Assembly: GCA_963787125.1 (NCBI GenBank)
Contig: CAWBBV010000011.1
Coordinates: forward strand, 1-64,000
Reading direction: 5' to 3'
Length of the DNA stretch: 64,000 bases
Source of the DNA: an uncultured delta proteobacterium
GTDB taxonomy: Bacteria > Desulfobacterota > Desulfuromonadia > Geobacterales > DSM-12255
Shown here: in pieces, positions 1 through 8,503 of the stretch
How positions within the stretch are numbered: the stretch's first letter is position 1
Layout: the number at the start of each line of letters is the position of its first letter
Notes under the pieces: model-generated
The model's database searches: none
Told to the model about the DNA's origin: nothing
The model's input: the letters and a program-made list of their open reading frames with translations, nothing else
Made by a program: the position numbers and the translations under genes

Positions 1-3000
1 GAAGTCGCTGCTGCCGGTCATGCCCAGGGAGTTGATCGTGGCGGCGGTGCTGCCGGTATTGGTCAAGACGACGGAGAGGGTGTTGTTAGTCCCTAGGGTG
101 ACGTTGCCAAATGCCAAGGTCGACAAGCTTGAGGTGAATGAAGAGGCTGCGCCGGTGCCGGAGAGCCCTACGGTGCTGGTGGTCCCGGCTGTCCCACCGG
201 TGTTGGAGGTGATCGTCAGGGTGTCGGTCTTGAGGCCTGCTGTCGCCGGCACAAACTGAATCAGGACGTTGGCGCTGGCACCGGGAAGAATGGTTGCCGT
301 GGCGCCGGACAGGACGGTAAAGCCTACTGCGCCGGGAGCGGCTATGTTAGTAATGCTCAGAGCTGCGGTGCCGCTGTTGGTGACCGTCAGGGTCTGGGTG
401 GCGCTGCTGCCAAGGGCTATGCTGCCAAAGCCTATGTTTGCCGGGTTAACGCCTATTATTGGTGTCGCTACGCCGGTGCCGGTGAGGGTGATGGTGGTGG
501 TGACTGCGCCGTTGCTGCTGATGACAAGGCTGCTGGCGACTACGGCTCCTGCTGCTGTTGGTGCGTATTTGATCGCTATTGTCTGGCTTGCTCCGGCGGC
601 TATTGTCAGCGGCAGGGTCGAGGTAAGCGGGCTTACCAGGCTGAAGTCGCTGCTGCCGGTCATGCCCAGGGAGTTGATCGTGGCGGCGGTGCTGCCGGTA
701 TTGGTCAAGACGACGGAGAGGGTGTTGTTAGTCCCTAGGGTGACGTTGCCAAATGCCAAGGTCGACAAGCTTGAGGTGAATGAAGAGGCTGCGCCGGTGC
801 CGGAGAGCCCTACGGTGCTGGTGGTCCCGGCTGTCCCACCGGTGTTGGAGGTGATCGTCAGGGTGTCGGTCTTGAGGCCTGCTGTCGCCGGCACAAACTG
901 AATCAGGACGTTGGCGCTGGCACCGGGAAGAATGGTTGCCGTGGCGCCGGACAGGACGGTAAAGCCTACTGCGCCGGGAGCGGCTATGTTAGTAATGCTC
1001 AGAGCTGCGGTGCCGCTGTTGGTGACCGTCAGGGTCTGGGTGGCGCTGCTGCCAAGGGCTATGCTGCCAAAGCCTATGTTTGCCGGGTTAACGCCTATTA
1101 TTGGTGTCGCTACGCCGGTGCCGGTGAGGGTGATGGTGGTGGTGACTGCGCCGTTGCTGCTGATGACAAGGCTGCTGGCGACTACGGCTCCTGCTGCTGT
1201 TGGTGCGTATTTGATCGCTATTGTCTGGCTTGCTCCGGCGGCTATTGTCAGCGGCAGGGTCGAGGTAAGCGGGCTTACCAGGCTGAAGTCGCTGCTGCCG
1301 GTCATGCCCAGGGAGTTGATCGTGGCGGCGGTGCTGCCGGTATTGGTCAAGACGACGGAGAGGGTGTTGTTAGTCCCTAGGGTGACGTTGCCAAATGCCA
1401 AGGTCGACAAGCTTGAGGTGAATGAAGAGGCTGCGCCGGTGCCGGAGAGCCCTACGGTGCTGGTGGTCCCGGCTGTCCCACCGGTGTTGGAGGTGATCGT
1501 CAGGGTGTCGGTCTTGAGGCCTGCTGTCGCCGGCACAAACTGAATCAGGACGTTGGCGCTGGCACCGGGAAGAATGGTTGCCGTGGCGCCGGACAGGACG
1601 GTAAAGCCTACTGCGCCGGGAGCGGCTATGTTAGTAATGCTCAGAGCTGCGGTGCCGCTGTTGGTGACCGTCAGGGTCTGGGTGGCGCTGCTGCCAAGGG
1701 CTATGCTGCCAAAGCCTATGTTTGCCGGGTTAACGCCTATTATTGGTGTCGCTACGCCGGTGCCGGTGAGGGTGATGGTGGTGGTGACTGCGCCGTTGCT
1801 GCTGATGACAAGGCTGCTGGCGACTACGGCTCCTGCTGCTGTTGGTGCGTATTTGATCGCTATTGTCTGGCTTGCTCCGGCGGCTATTGTCAGCGGCAGG
1901 GTCGAGGTAAGCGGGCTTACCAGGCTGAAGTCGCTGCTGCCGGTCATGCCCAGGGAGTTGATCGTGGCGGCGGTGCTGCCGGTATTGGTCAAGACGACGG
2001 AGAGGGTGTTGTTAGTCCCTAGGGTGACGTTGCCAAATGCCAAGGTCGACAAGCTTGAGGTGAATGAAGAGGCTGCGCCGGTGCCGGAGAGCCCTACGGT
2101 GCTGGTGGTCCCGGCTGTCCCACCGGTGTTGGAGGTGATCGTCAGGGTGTCGGTCTTGAGGCCTGCTGTCGCCGGCACAAACTGAATCAGGACGTTGGCG
2201 CTGGCACCGGGAAGAATGGTTGCCGTGGCGCCGGACAGGACGGTAAAGCCTACTGCGCCGGGAGCGGCTATGTTAGTAATGCTCAGAGCTGCGGTGCCGC
2301 TGTTGGTGACCGTCAGGGTCTGGGTGGCGCTGCTGCCAAGGGCTATGCTGCCAAAGCCTATGTTTGCCGGGTTAACGCCTATTATTGGTGTCGCTACGCC
2401 GGTGCCGGTGAGGGTGATGGTGGTGGTGACTGCGCCGTTGCTGCTGATGACAAGGCTGCTGGCGACTACGGCTCCTGCTGCTGTTGGTGCGTATTTGATC
2501 GCTATTGTCTGGCTTGCTCCGGCGGCTATTGTCAGCGGCAGGGTCGAGGTAAGCGGGCTTACCAGGCTGAAGTCGCTGCTGCCGGTCATGCCCAGGGAGT
2601 TGATCGTGGCGGCGGTGCTGCCGGTATTGGTCAAGACGACGGAGAGGGTGTTGTTAGTCCCTAGGGTGACGTTGCCAAATGCCAAGGTCGACAAGCTTGA
2701 GGTGAATGAAGAGGCTGCGCCGGTGCCGGAGAGCCCTACGGTGCTGGTGGTCCCGGCTGTCCCACCGGTGTTGGAGGTGATCGTCAGGGTGTCGGTCTTG
2801 AGGCCTGCTGTCGCCGGCACAAACTGAATCAGGACGTTGGCGCTGGCACCGGGAAGAATGGTTGCCGTGGCGCCGGACAGGACGGTAAAGCCTACTGCGC
2901 CGGGAGCGGCTATGTTAGTAATGCTCAGAGCTGCGGTGCCGCTGTTGGTGACCGTCAGGGTCTGGGTGGCGCTGCTGCCAAGGGCTATGCTGCCAAAGCC

Positions 3001-4854
3001 TATGTTTGCCGGGTTAACGCCTATTATTGGTGTCGCTACGCCGGTGCCGGTGAGGGTGATGGTGGTGGTGACTGCGCCGTTGCTGCTGATGACAAGGCTG
3101 CTGGCGACTACGGCTCCTGCTGCTGTTGGTGCGTATTTGATCGCTATTGTCTGGCTTGCTCCGGCGGCTATTGTCAGCGGCAGGGTCGAGGTAAGCGGGC
3201 TTACCAGGCTGAAGTCGCTGCTGCCGGTCATGCCCAGGGAGTTGATCGTGGCGGCGGTGCTGCCGGTATTGGTCAAGACGACGGAGAGGGTGTTGTTAGT
3301 CCCTAGGGTGACGTTGCCAAATGCCAAGGTCGACAAGCTTGAGGTGAATGAAGAGGCTGCGCCGGTGCCGGAGAGCCCTACGGTGCTGGTGGTCCCGGCT
3401 GTCCCACCGGTGTTGGAGGTGATCGTCAGGGTGTCGGTCTTGAGGCCTGCTGTCGCCGGCACAAACTGAATCAGGACGTTGGCGCTGGCACCGGGAAGAA
3501 TGGTTGCCGTGGCGCCGGACAGGACGGTAAAGCCTACTGCGCCGGGAGCGGCTATGTTAGTAATGCTCAGAGCTGCGGTGCCGCTGTTGGTGACCGTCAG
3601 GGTCTGGGTGGCGCTGCTGCCAAGGGCTATGCTGCCAAAGCCTATGTTTGCCGGGTTAACGCCTATTATTGGTGTCGCTACGCCGGTGCCGGTGAGGGTG
3701 ATGGTGGTGGTGACTGCGCCGTTGCTGCTGATGACAAGGCTGCTGGCGACTACGGCTCCTGCTGCTGTTGGTGCGTATTTGATCGCTATTGTCTGGCTTG
3801 CTCCGGCGGCTATTGTCAGCGGCAGGGTCGAGGTAAGCGGGCTTACCAGGCTGAAGTCGCTGCTGCCGGTCATGCCCAGGGAGTTGATCGTGGCGGCGGT
3901 GCTGCCGGTATTGGTCAAGACGACGGAGAGGGTGTTGTTAGTCCCTAGGGTGACGTTGCCAAATGCCAAGGTCGACAAGCTTGAGGTGAATGAAGAGGCT
4001 GCGCCGGTGCCGGAGAGCCCTACGGTGCTGGTGGTCCCGGCTGTCCCACCGGTGTTGGAGGTGATCGTCAGGGTGTCGGTCTTGAGGCCTGCTGTCGCCG
4101 GCACAAACTGAATCAGGACGTTGGCGCTGGCACCGGGAAGAATGGTTGCCGTGGCGCCGGACAGGACGGTAAAGCCTACTGCGCCGGGAGCGGCTATGTT
4201 AGTAATGCTCAGAGCTGCGGTGCCGCTGTTGGTGACCGTCAGGGTCTGGGTGGCGCTGCTGCCAAGGGCTATGCTGCCAAAGCCTATGTTTGCCGGGTTA
4301 ACGCCTATTATTGGTGTCGCTACGCCGGTGCCGGTGAGGGTGATGGTGGTGGTGACTGCGCCGTTGCTGCTGATGACAAGGCTGCTGGCGACTACGGCTC
4401 CTGCTGCTGTTGGTGCGTATTTGATCGCTATTGTCTGGCTTGCTCCGGCGGCTATTGTCAGCGGCAGGGTCGAGGTAAGCGGGCTTACCAGGCTGAAGTC
4501 GCTGCTGCCGGTCATGCCCAGGGAGTTGATCGTGGCGGCGGTGCTGCCGGTATTGGTCAAGACGACGGAGAGGGTGTTGTTAGTCCCTAGGGTGACGTTG
4601 CCAAATGCCAAGGTCGACAAGCTTGAGGTGAATGAAGAGGCTGCGCCGGTGCCGGAGAGCCCTACGGTGCTGGTGGTCCCGGCTGTCCCACCGGTGTTGG
4701 AGGTGATCGTCAGGGTGTCGGTCTTGAGGCCTGCTGTCGCCGGCACAAACTGAATCAGGACGTTGGCGCTGGCACCGGGAAGAATGGTTGCCGTGGCGCC
4801 GGACAGGACGGTAAAGCCTACTGCGCCGGGAGCGGCTATGTTAGTAATGCTCAG
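1..4854. repeat. Tandem array of 642-bp units (about 7.6 copies visible, continues past the left edge); each unit is 214 aa, two Ig-like domains
   Basis: Identical shadow ORFs recur every 642 nt (269, 911, 1553, 2195, 2837, 3479, 4121). Identity breaks at 4855 (..atgctcag|gttcga vs ..atgctcag|agctgc). Confidence 0.97.
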
Positions 4855-7332
4855 GTTCGAATAGCCGTTATTTGTTAAGGTCAGCGTCTGGGTGTTACTA
4901 CTGCCCAGAGCTATCGTCCCGAAGGCGATATTTGCAGGGTTTACACTAATGAGCGGAGCCCCCCCCCCGATGCCTTTAAGTGTCACCGTTTTTGTTGCAC
5001 CAGTTGTATTGGTGTAAATTGTGAATGATGAGTCGGCATTGCCTACTTGAGTGGGACTGAATCGTACGATAACAGTTTTCGATTGCGCAGTTGCCAGTGA
5101 CATTGGATAAGTCAGCGGCAGGCCGGTAGCGGAATCTAGTAATGAGTAAACTGATCTAAAGCCAGATATACCTGTGATATTTATGGTTGTTGAACCAAAG
5201 TTCGTAATATTCACTGGCAGATCAGCTGATGAGTTGACCTGAACAGTTGTAAAATCAATGATATCCGATGAAACTGACAGGTTGGACGTTACAACCGATG
5301 CTTGCAAGGCTAAGGACGTATTCCCACCATCAGAAGTAATAATAAGCGAGTCGGTATATGTTCCTGCGCCTGGATTGGGAGCCGTAAATTCTACCGTAAC
5401 TGTTTGCTCGGCTAAAGCAGCCAAGGTGAACGATGCGTTGATTGCAGGGCTTGTCGCAAAACTTGTTCCTGTCGCATAGGTAAAAGGCGCTGTTACTGTA
5501 AGCGGTGCATCGCCGACGTTTTTCAGCTTGAATGTGCGTTTAACTTTCTGTCCGGGGCTAGTTGCGCCGAAGTCAATAACAGCTGGGCTGATTGTCGATC
5601 CATCTCCGTTTAATGCAACCAGTGCCGGATTACCAAGGTCAAAAAGAATCCCGTAGATATCCGCACCGCTCACATTTTGGTTACGGGCATCCTTCCACAT
5701 AGCAATAAAAACTTGATCAGTAGAATTATAGGCTATTACAGGGGTGTATTGACTACCGGTTGCCGTTGATATGGCATAGTTCTGACCACGAATTGATCCG
5801 TCGCCATCTACATACTGTCCATAAATATCCAGACCACTGGAGGCTTGGCTGTTGCGACCATCCTGCCAAGCCACAAAAAAGCGCGAGTTGACACTGTCGT
5901 AAGAAACACATGGTTGTGTCTGTTTCGATTGATCGAGACCCGATGCCGTTGTTATGGCAAAGTTGACATTATAAAGGCCACCGGAAGTGGTTATGAGCTG
6001 TCCATAGATCTTCTGGTTGGAATTTCCAGGAACTCGCAGATCTTCCCAGGCGACCAGAAATCGCATTGAAACAGGATCAAAACCGATTGAAGGAGCGCCG
6101 ACATCATACGACGGAGAGGTTGATATTTGTGTTGCGCTATATGAAAAACTGACATTACTCAGTGACATACCATAGACAGCTTTTTGAGGAGTTCCGTAAG
6201 TAATTACTGTGTCGACGCTTTCTGTCGCTGATCCATTTATTACTGATGGAACTTCAGTGACATCAGTTTCAGTAGCCGTATTTGCAACAGTTACTGAATT
6301 CCTCAAACCTTCCCATGCAATATAGGTTGTGTTCGAATTGGAATCACTCGCAATATCAACGGATGCAACACCATCAAAATATTCATACGTATTTGTTTGC
6401 GTGGAGGGTGAAGAGGTACTATGACCGGTGCTACTAAGCAGACGCATTCCCATAGTCTTGGCACCTGAACCGATTTCAGTGGGTGCAACTAAAATTGTTG
6501 GTAGCGCCGCACCAGCAGCATTAAGTGAAGCATAGCCAACCGCGGTTGAATCAGATGTTGTGATAACACGAGCAACGGGGGTCGTGTTATCGGGACTATA
6601 CGGCAAATAACTAAACACCTTAGCTTCATCTCTCAGCTCAACCCAAGCTACGTCAAAAGAGTCCTTGGATAGATTGTAGGCAATTCTTGGTCTAATGCGG
6701 GACTGGGTATGATAAGTGACAGCCGGGGTAGCAGTTAGAGTGAGATTGTGAACTGCGATTGTCGCCTGAATTGCTGTTGGTGAAGTCCCTGCGATCAACA
6801 TAGGAGTAGTAGTTTCATCATGGAGTGCAAGAGCTGGATCTATATCTGCGCTCAAAATCGTACTGAATCGTACATACGGAGTAACAGTGTCCTGCCAGAC
6901 AATCACAATTTTGCCGTTGGTTCCCGCTTTATATGCTGCACGTGGCAATGTTTGATTGCCAGCAACTCCACCAGTTATACTAACTTCTGCCCCATAAAAC
7001 TCAAACTTCTTTCCTACGCTGTCATAGCGGATGAAGCGCCCTTTGATTTCGGAACCATTAGTGGTACTGCTCCAGTCTTCGTAACAGGAAAACCATAGAT
7101 TTTTATCAGAAAGGTAAATCACATGGGGATTCTGCTGATCACCGGCCAACATTGTCCCAGTCCCATCACTTTTATCAATGCTAATAGGCGACTCAGAACC
7201 AATCAGCTTAGACAGCGTCTTGCTCTTCAAGGTTGACGTCTGGGGATCAGTTCCGCCCCCACCGCTACATCCCCATATGGCAAAAATAATAATTGCGAGC
7301 AAAGCAACAAGTGACGCATGCAGTTTTTTCAT
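1..7332 (-). CDS. Giant surface lipoprotein/adhesin-like protein (3' end outside window; >=2444 aa): lipoprotein signal, beta-propeller-like head, about 17 or more choice-of-anchor-D/ASH-like Ig domains
   Basis: Manual minus-strand translation from ATG at 7332 gives MKKLHASLVALLAIIIFAIWG-C-SGGGG (lipobox-like). Repeats of the type 'P.vaYd....FlVaWqD.R....dIYGq' lie at about 7140-5640, then Ig-like domains 'FG.v..g......tltN.G...l.i..i' ending 'LtGtG'. No stop was seen in the stretches translated, and the frame agrees at position 1. Missing from the ORF track because it has no stop in the window. Confidence 0.9.
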   Translation of the reverse strand, partial: MKKLHASLVALLAIIIFAIWGCSGGGGTDPQTSTLKSKTLSKLIGSESPISIDKSDGTGTMLAGDQQNPHVIYLSDKNLWFSCYEDWSSTTNGSEIKGRFIRYDSVGKKFEFYGAEVSITGGVAGNQTLPRAAYKAGTNGKIVIVWQDTVTPYVRFSTILSADIDPALALHDETTTPMLIAGTSPTAIQATIAVHNLTLTATPAVTYHTQSRIRPRIAYNLSKDSFDVAWVELRDEAKVFSYLPYSPDNTTPVARVITTSDSTAVGYASLNAAGAALPTILVAPTEIGSGAKTMGMRLLSSTGHSTSSPSTQTNTYEYFDGVASVDIASDSNSNTTYIAWEGLRNSVTVANTATETDVTEVPSVINGSATESVDTVITYGTPQKAVYGMSLSNVSFSYSATQISTSPSYDVGAPSIGFDPVSMRFLVAWEDLRVPGNSNQKIYGQLITTSGGLYNVNFAITTASGLDQSKQTQPCVSYDSVNSRFFVAWQDGRNSQASSGLDIYGQYVDGDGSIRGQNYAISTATGSQYTPVIAYNSTDQVFIAMWKDARNQNVSGADIYGILFDLGNPALVALNGDGSTISPAVIDFGATSPGQKVKRTFKLKNVGDAPLTVTAPFTYATGTSFATSPAINASFTLAALAEQTVTVEFTAPNPGAGTYTDSLIITSDGGNTSLALQASVVTSNLSVSSDIIDFTTVQVNSSADLPVNITNFGSTTINITGISGFRSVYSLLDSATGLPLTYPMSLATAQSKTVIVRFSPTQVGNADSSFTIYTNTTGATKTVTLKGIGGGAPLISVNPANIAFGTIALGSSNTQTLTLTNNGYSNLSITNIAAPGAVGFTVLSGATATILPGASANVLIQFVPATAGLKTDTLTITSNTGGTAGTTSTVGLSGTGAASSFTSSLSTLAFGNVTLGTNNTLSVVLTNTGSTAATINSLGMTGSSDFSLVSPLTSTLPLTIAAGASQTIAIKYAPTAAGAVVASSLVISSNGAVTTTITLTGTGVATPIIGVNPANIGFGSIALGSSATQTLTVTNSGTAALSITNIAAPGAVGFTVLSGATATILPGASANVLIQFVPATAGLKTDTLTITSNTGGTAGTTSTVGLSGTGAASSFTSSLSTLAFGNVTLGTNNTLSVVLTNTGSTAATINSLGMTGSSDFSLVSPLTSTLPLTIAAGASQTIAIKYAPTAAGAVVASSLVISSNGAVTTTITLTGTGVATPIIGVNPANIGFGSIALGSSATQTLTVTNSGTAALSITNIAAPGAVGFTVLSGATATILPGASANVLIQFVPATAGLKTDTLTITSNTGGTAGTTSTVGLSGTGAASSFTSSLSTLAFGNVTLGTNNTLSVVLTNTGSTAATINSLGMTGSSDFSLVSPLTSTLPLTIAAGASQTIAIKYAPTAAGAVVASSLVISSNGAVTTTITLTGTGVATPIIGVNPANIGFGSIALGSSATQTLTVTNSGTAALSITNIAAPGAVGFTVLSGATATILPGASANVLIQFVPATAGLKTDTLTITSNTGGTAGTTSTVGLSGTGAASSFTSSLSTLAFGNVTLGTNNTLSVVLTNTGSTAATINSLGMTGSSDFSLVSPLTSTLPLTIAAGASQTIAIKYAPTAAGAVVASSLVISSNGAVTTTITLTGTGVATPIIGVNPANIGFGSIALGSSATQTLTVTNSGTAALSITNIAAPGAVGFTVLSGATATILPGASANVLIQFVPATAGLKTDTLTITSNTGGTAGTTSTVGLSGTGAASSFTSSLSTLAFGNVTLGTNNTLSVVLTNTGSTAATINSLGMTGSSDFSLVSPLTSTLPLTIAAGASQTIAIKYAPTAAGAVVASSLVISSNGAVTTTITLTGTGVATPIIGVNPANIGFGSIALGSSATQTLTVTNSGTAALSITNIAAPGAVGFTVLSGATATILPGASANVLIQFVPATAGLKTDTLTITSNTGGTAGTTSTVGLSGTGAASSFTSSLSTLAFGNVTLGTNNTLSVVLTNTGSTAATINSLGMTGSSDFSLVSPLTSTLPLTIAAGASQTIAIKYAPTAAGAVVASSLVISSNGAVTTTITLTGTGVATPIIGVNPANIGFGSIALGSSATQTLTVTNSGTAALSITNIAAPGAVGFTVLSGATATILPGASANVLIQFVPATAGLKTDTLTITSNTGGTAGTTSTVGLSGTGAASSFTSSLSTLAFGNVTLGTNNTLSVVLTNTGSTAATINSLGMTGSSDFSLVSPLTSTLPLTIAAGASQTIAIKYAPTAAGAVVASSLVISSNGAVTTTITLTGTGVATPIIGVNPANIGFGSIALGSSATQTLTVTNSGTAALSITNIAAPGAVGFTVLSGATATILPGASANVLIQFVPATAGLKTDTLTITSNTGGTAGTTSTVGLSGTGAASSFTSSLSTLAFGNVTLGTNNTLSVVLTNTGSTAATINSLGMTGSSDF
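4959..4968 (-). repeat. G10 homopolymer on the coding strand of the giant lipoprotein gene
   Basis: Plus strand has C10 in gagcggagCCCCCCCCCCga; it encodes Gly-Gly-Gly-Ala in frame. Confidence 0.9.
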
Positions 7333-7413
7333 TATATAGCCCTCATAGATCTTTTGGTTCAGTGTTACGACTAATGAAGAGTTTTAAAATACGGTTAGCG
7401 CTTACCAGATGTC

Positions 7414-7764
7414 CTATTTTTTAGTGGGCACTTGCACAGTCGGAGCTGCTGGCGCCACAGGCTCTAGCGTTTTCATAACTTCCTGAGTAAGATTTTGCTT
7501 ATTTTCGGCCTTCAGAATACTGCCGCTCACAACATAATCCCCTTTACGGTCGGTATAAAAAATAATCGGTTTGCCATCAATCTTGATTACAACTTCGACT
7601 AAGCCGGGGAAATAATCCAGCTCTTTAATCGAAGTAATCTGCGGTTCGATCGGCATTATTTTCTTTATTGAGGTCTTGATCTTATCCTCACTCGGTTTGC
7701 TTGACGAGCAAGCACAAATTCCAAATATCAAAACCGAAGCAGCAACTAGTCTCAACATATTCAT
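7414..7764 (-). CDS. Lipoprotein with only a DsbC N-terminal (dimerisation)-like domain
   Basis: Signal ..IFGICAC. The segment 'ITSIKELDYFPGLVEVVIKIDGKPIIFYTDRKGDYVVSGSIL..ENKQNLT' resembles DsbC_N. No CxxC thioredoxin domain. Confidence 0.7.
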   Translation of the reverse strand: MNMLRLVAASVLIFGICACSSSKPSEDKIKTSIKKIMPIEPQITSIKELDYFPGLVEVVIKIDGKPIIFYTDRKGDYVVSGSILKAENKQNLTQEVMKTLEPVAPAAPTVQVPTKK

Positions 7765-7788
7765 CTTATTTCTCCTTAGAATTAGTCA

Positions 7789-8388
7789 TTATTTATCAGC
7801 AAAATCCGCAAAACGCACTGTCATACCAGCAGAAATCTGACCGTTTTTTCCGGTCGTCACCTCTGTTGCATCAAACGTAATTACCACATTGTAATTGTAA
7901 ATGGACGTATTTCCCGTGCACACAAGAGTTGGACCAAAAAACTCCTTTAGTGCATGCGTAACAACCTCAACCGGAACTACTAAACTTCCTCCCGCCGGCA
8001 CGGTGTATCCAAGAAGACTTTGATATGCCGGTGAATATAGTGGAGGTAATGGAGCGAAAGTTTGGGTTAGCGTGTCAGCAGGTGAAAAAGCAATTGTTGC
8101 CCTCTGAAGCATCAATGGCGAAGCAGTCCCACCGCTGCTGCCTTTGGTGGACACAATCGTAAAATTAACAACTTTATCGGTTACTGCATAGGTGGACCCT
8201 GTGGCACAAGGGGTTCCTGTCCATGTTGCAATATCGGCCAGGAGTGGATTACTAGTTGAATCCACTGTAGCGATCGCGGTAACAGTTTTAAAAACTGAAA
8301 CACCTCCAGTATCTTCACTACCGCAAGATTGAATTGAAACAAGTCCAAAACCTAGCAGCATGCAATATATTATGTTTATTCTCTTCAT
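7789..8388 (-). CDS. Hypothetical lipoprotein (beta-rich, two further Cys)
   Basis: 199-aa ORF with lipobox-like 'SIQSC' and an upstream GAGGG RBS; directly downstream of pilQ. Confidence 0.75.
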   Translation of the reverse strand: MKRINIIYCMLLGFGLVSIQSCGSEDTGGVSVFKTVTAIATVDSTSNPLLADIATWTGTPCATGSTYAVTDKVVNFTIVSTKGSSGGTASPLMLQRATIAFSPADTLTQTFAPLPPLYSPAYQSLLGYTVPAGGSLVVPVEVVTHALKEFFGPTLVCTGNTSIYNYNVVITFDATEVTTGKNGQISAGMTVRFADFADK

Positions 8389-8503
8389 AGTTCCCTCTCA
8401 TTTTTTATATTTTGCGAAAAAGTTATCCCCAATAATTCGCATTATGCAAATACAGATAAAACCTAGCTATACCATTTCACCCACCATAATTGCTAAAGTC
8501 CGA

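Noticed and set aside
20..4753. Eight plus-strand ORFs (79 aa and 7 x 210 aa) that look like a tandem gene array
   Set aside because: They are antisense shadows of the minus-strand lipoprotein repeat. They are Val/Pro/Leu-rich with no family motifs, while the minus frame is continuous and Ig-like.
1..4854. Repeat array as a CRISPR array or diversity-generating retroelement template
   Set aside because: Units are 642 bp with no spacers or adenine-specific variation, and there is no cas or reverse transcriptase gene in the window.
6562..6591. 10-bp inverted repeat gataacacga..tcgtgttatc inside the giant gene
   Set aside because: Within coding sequence, no U tract, plausibly chance.
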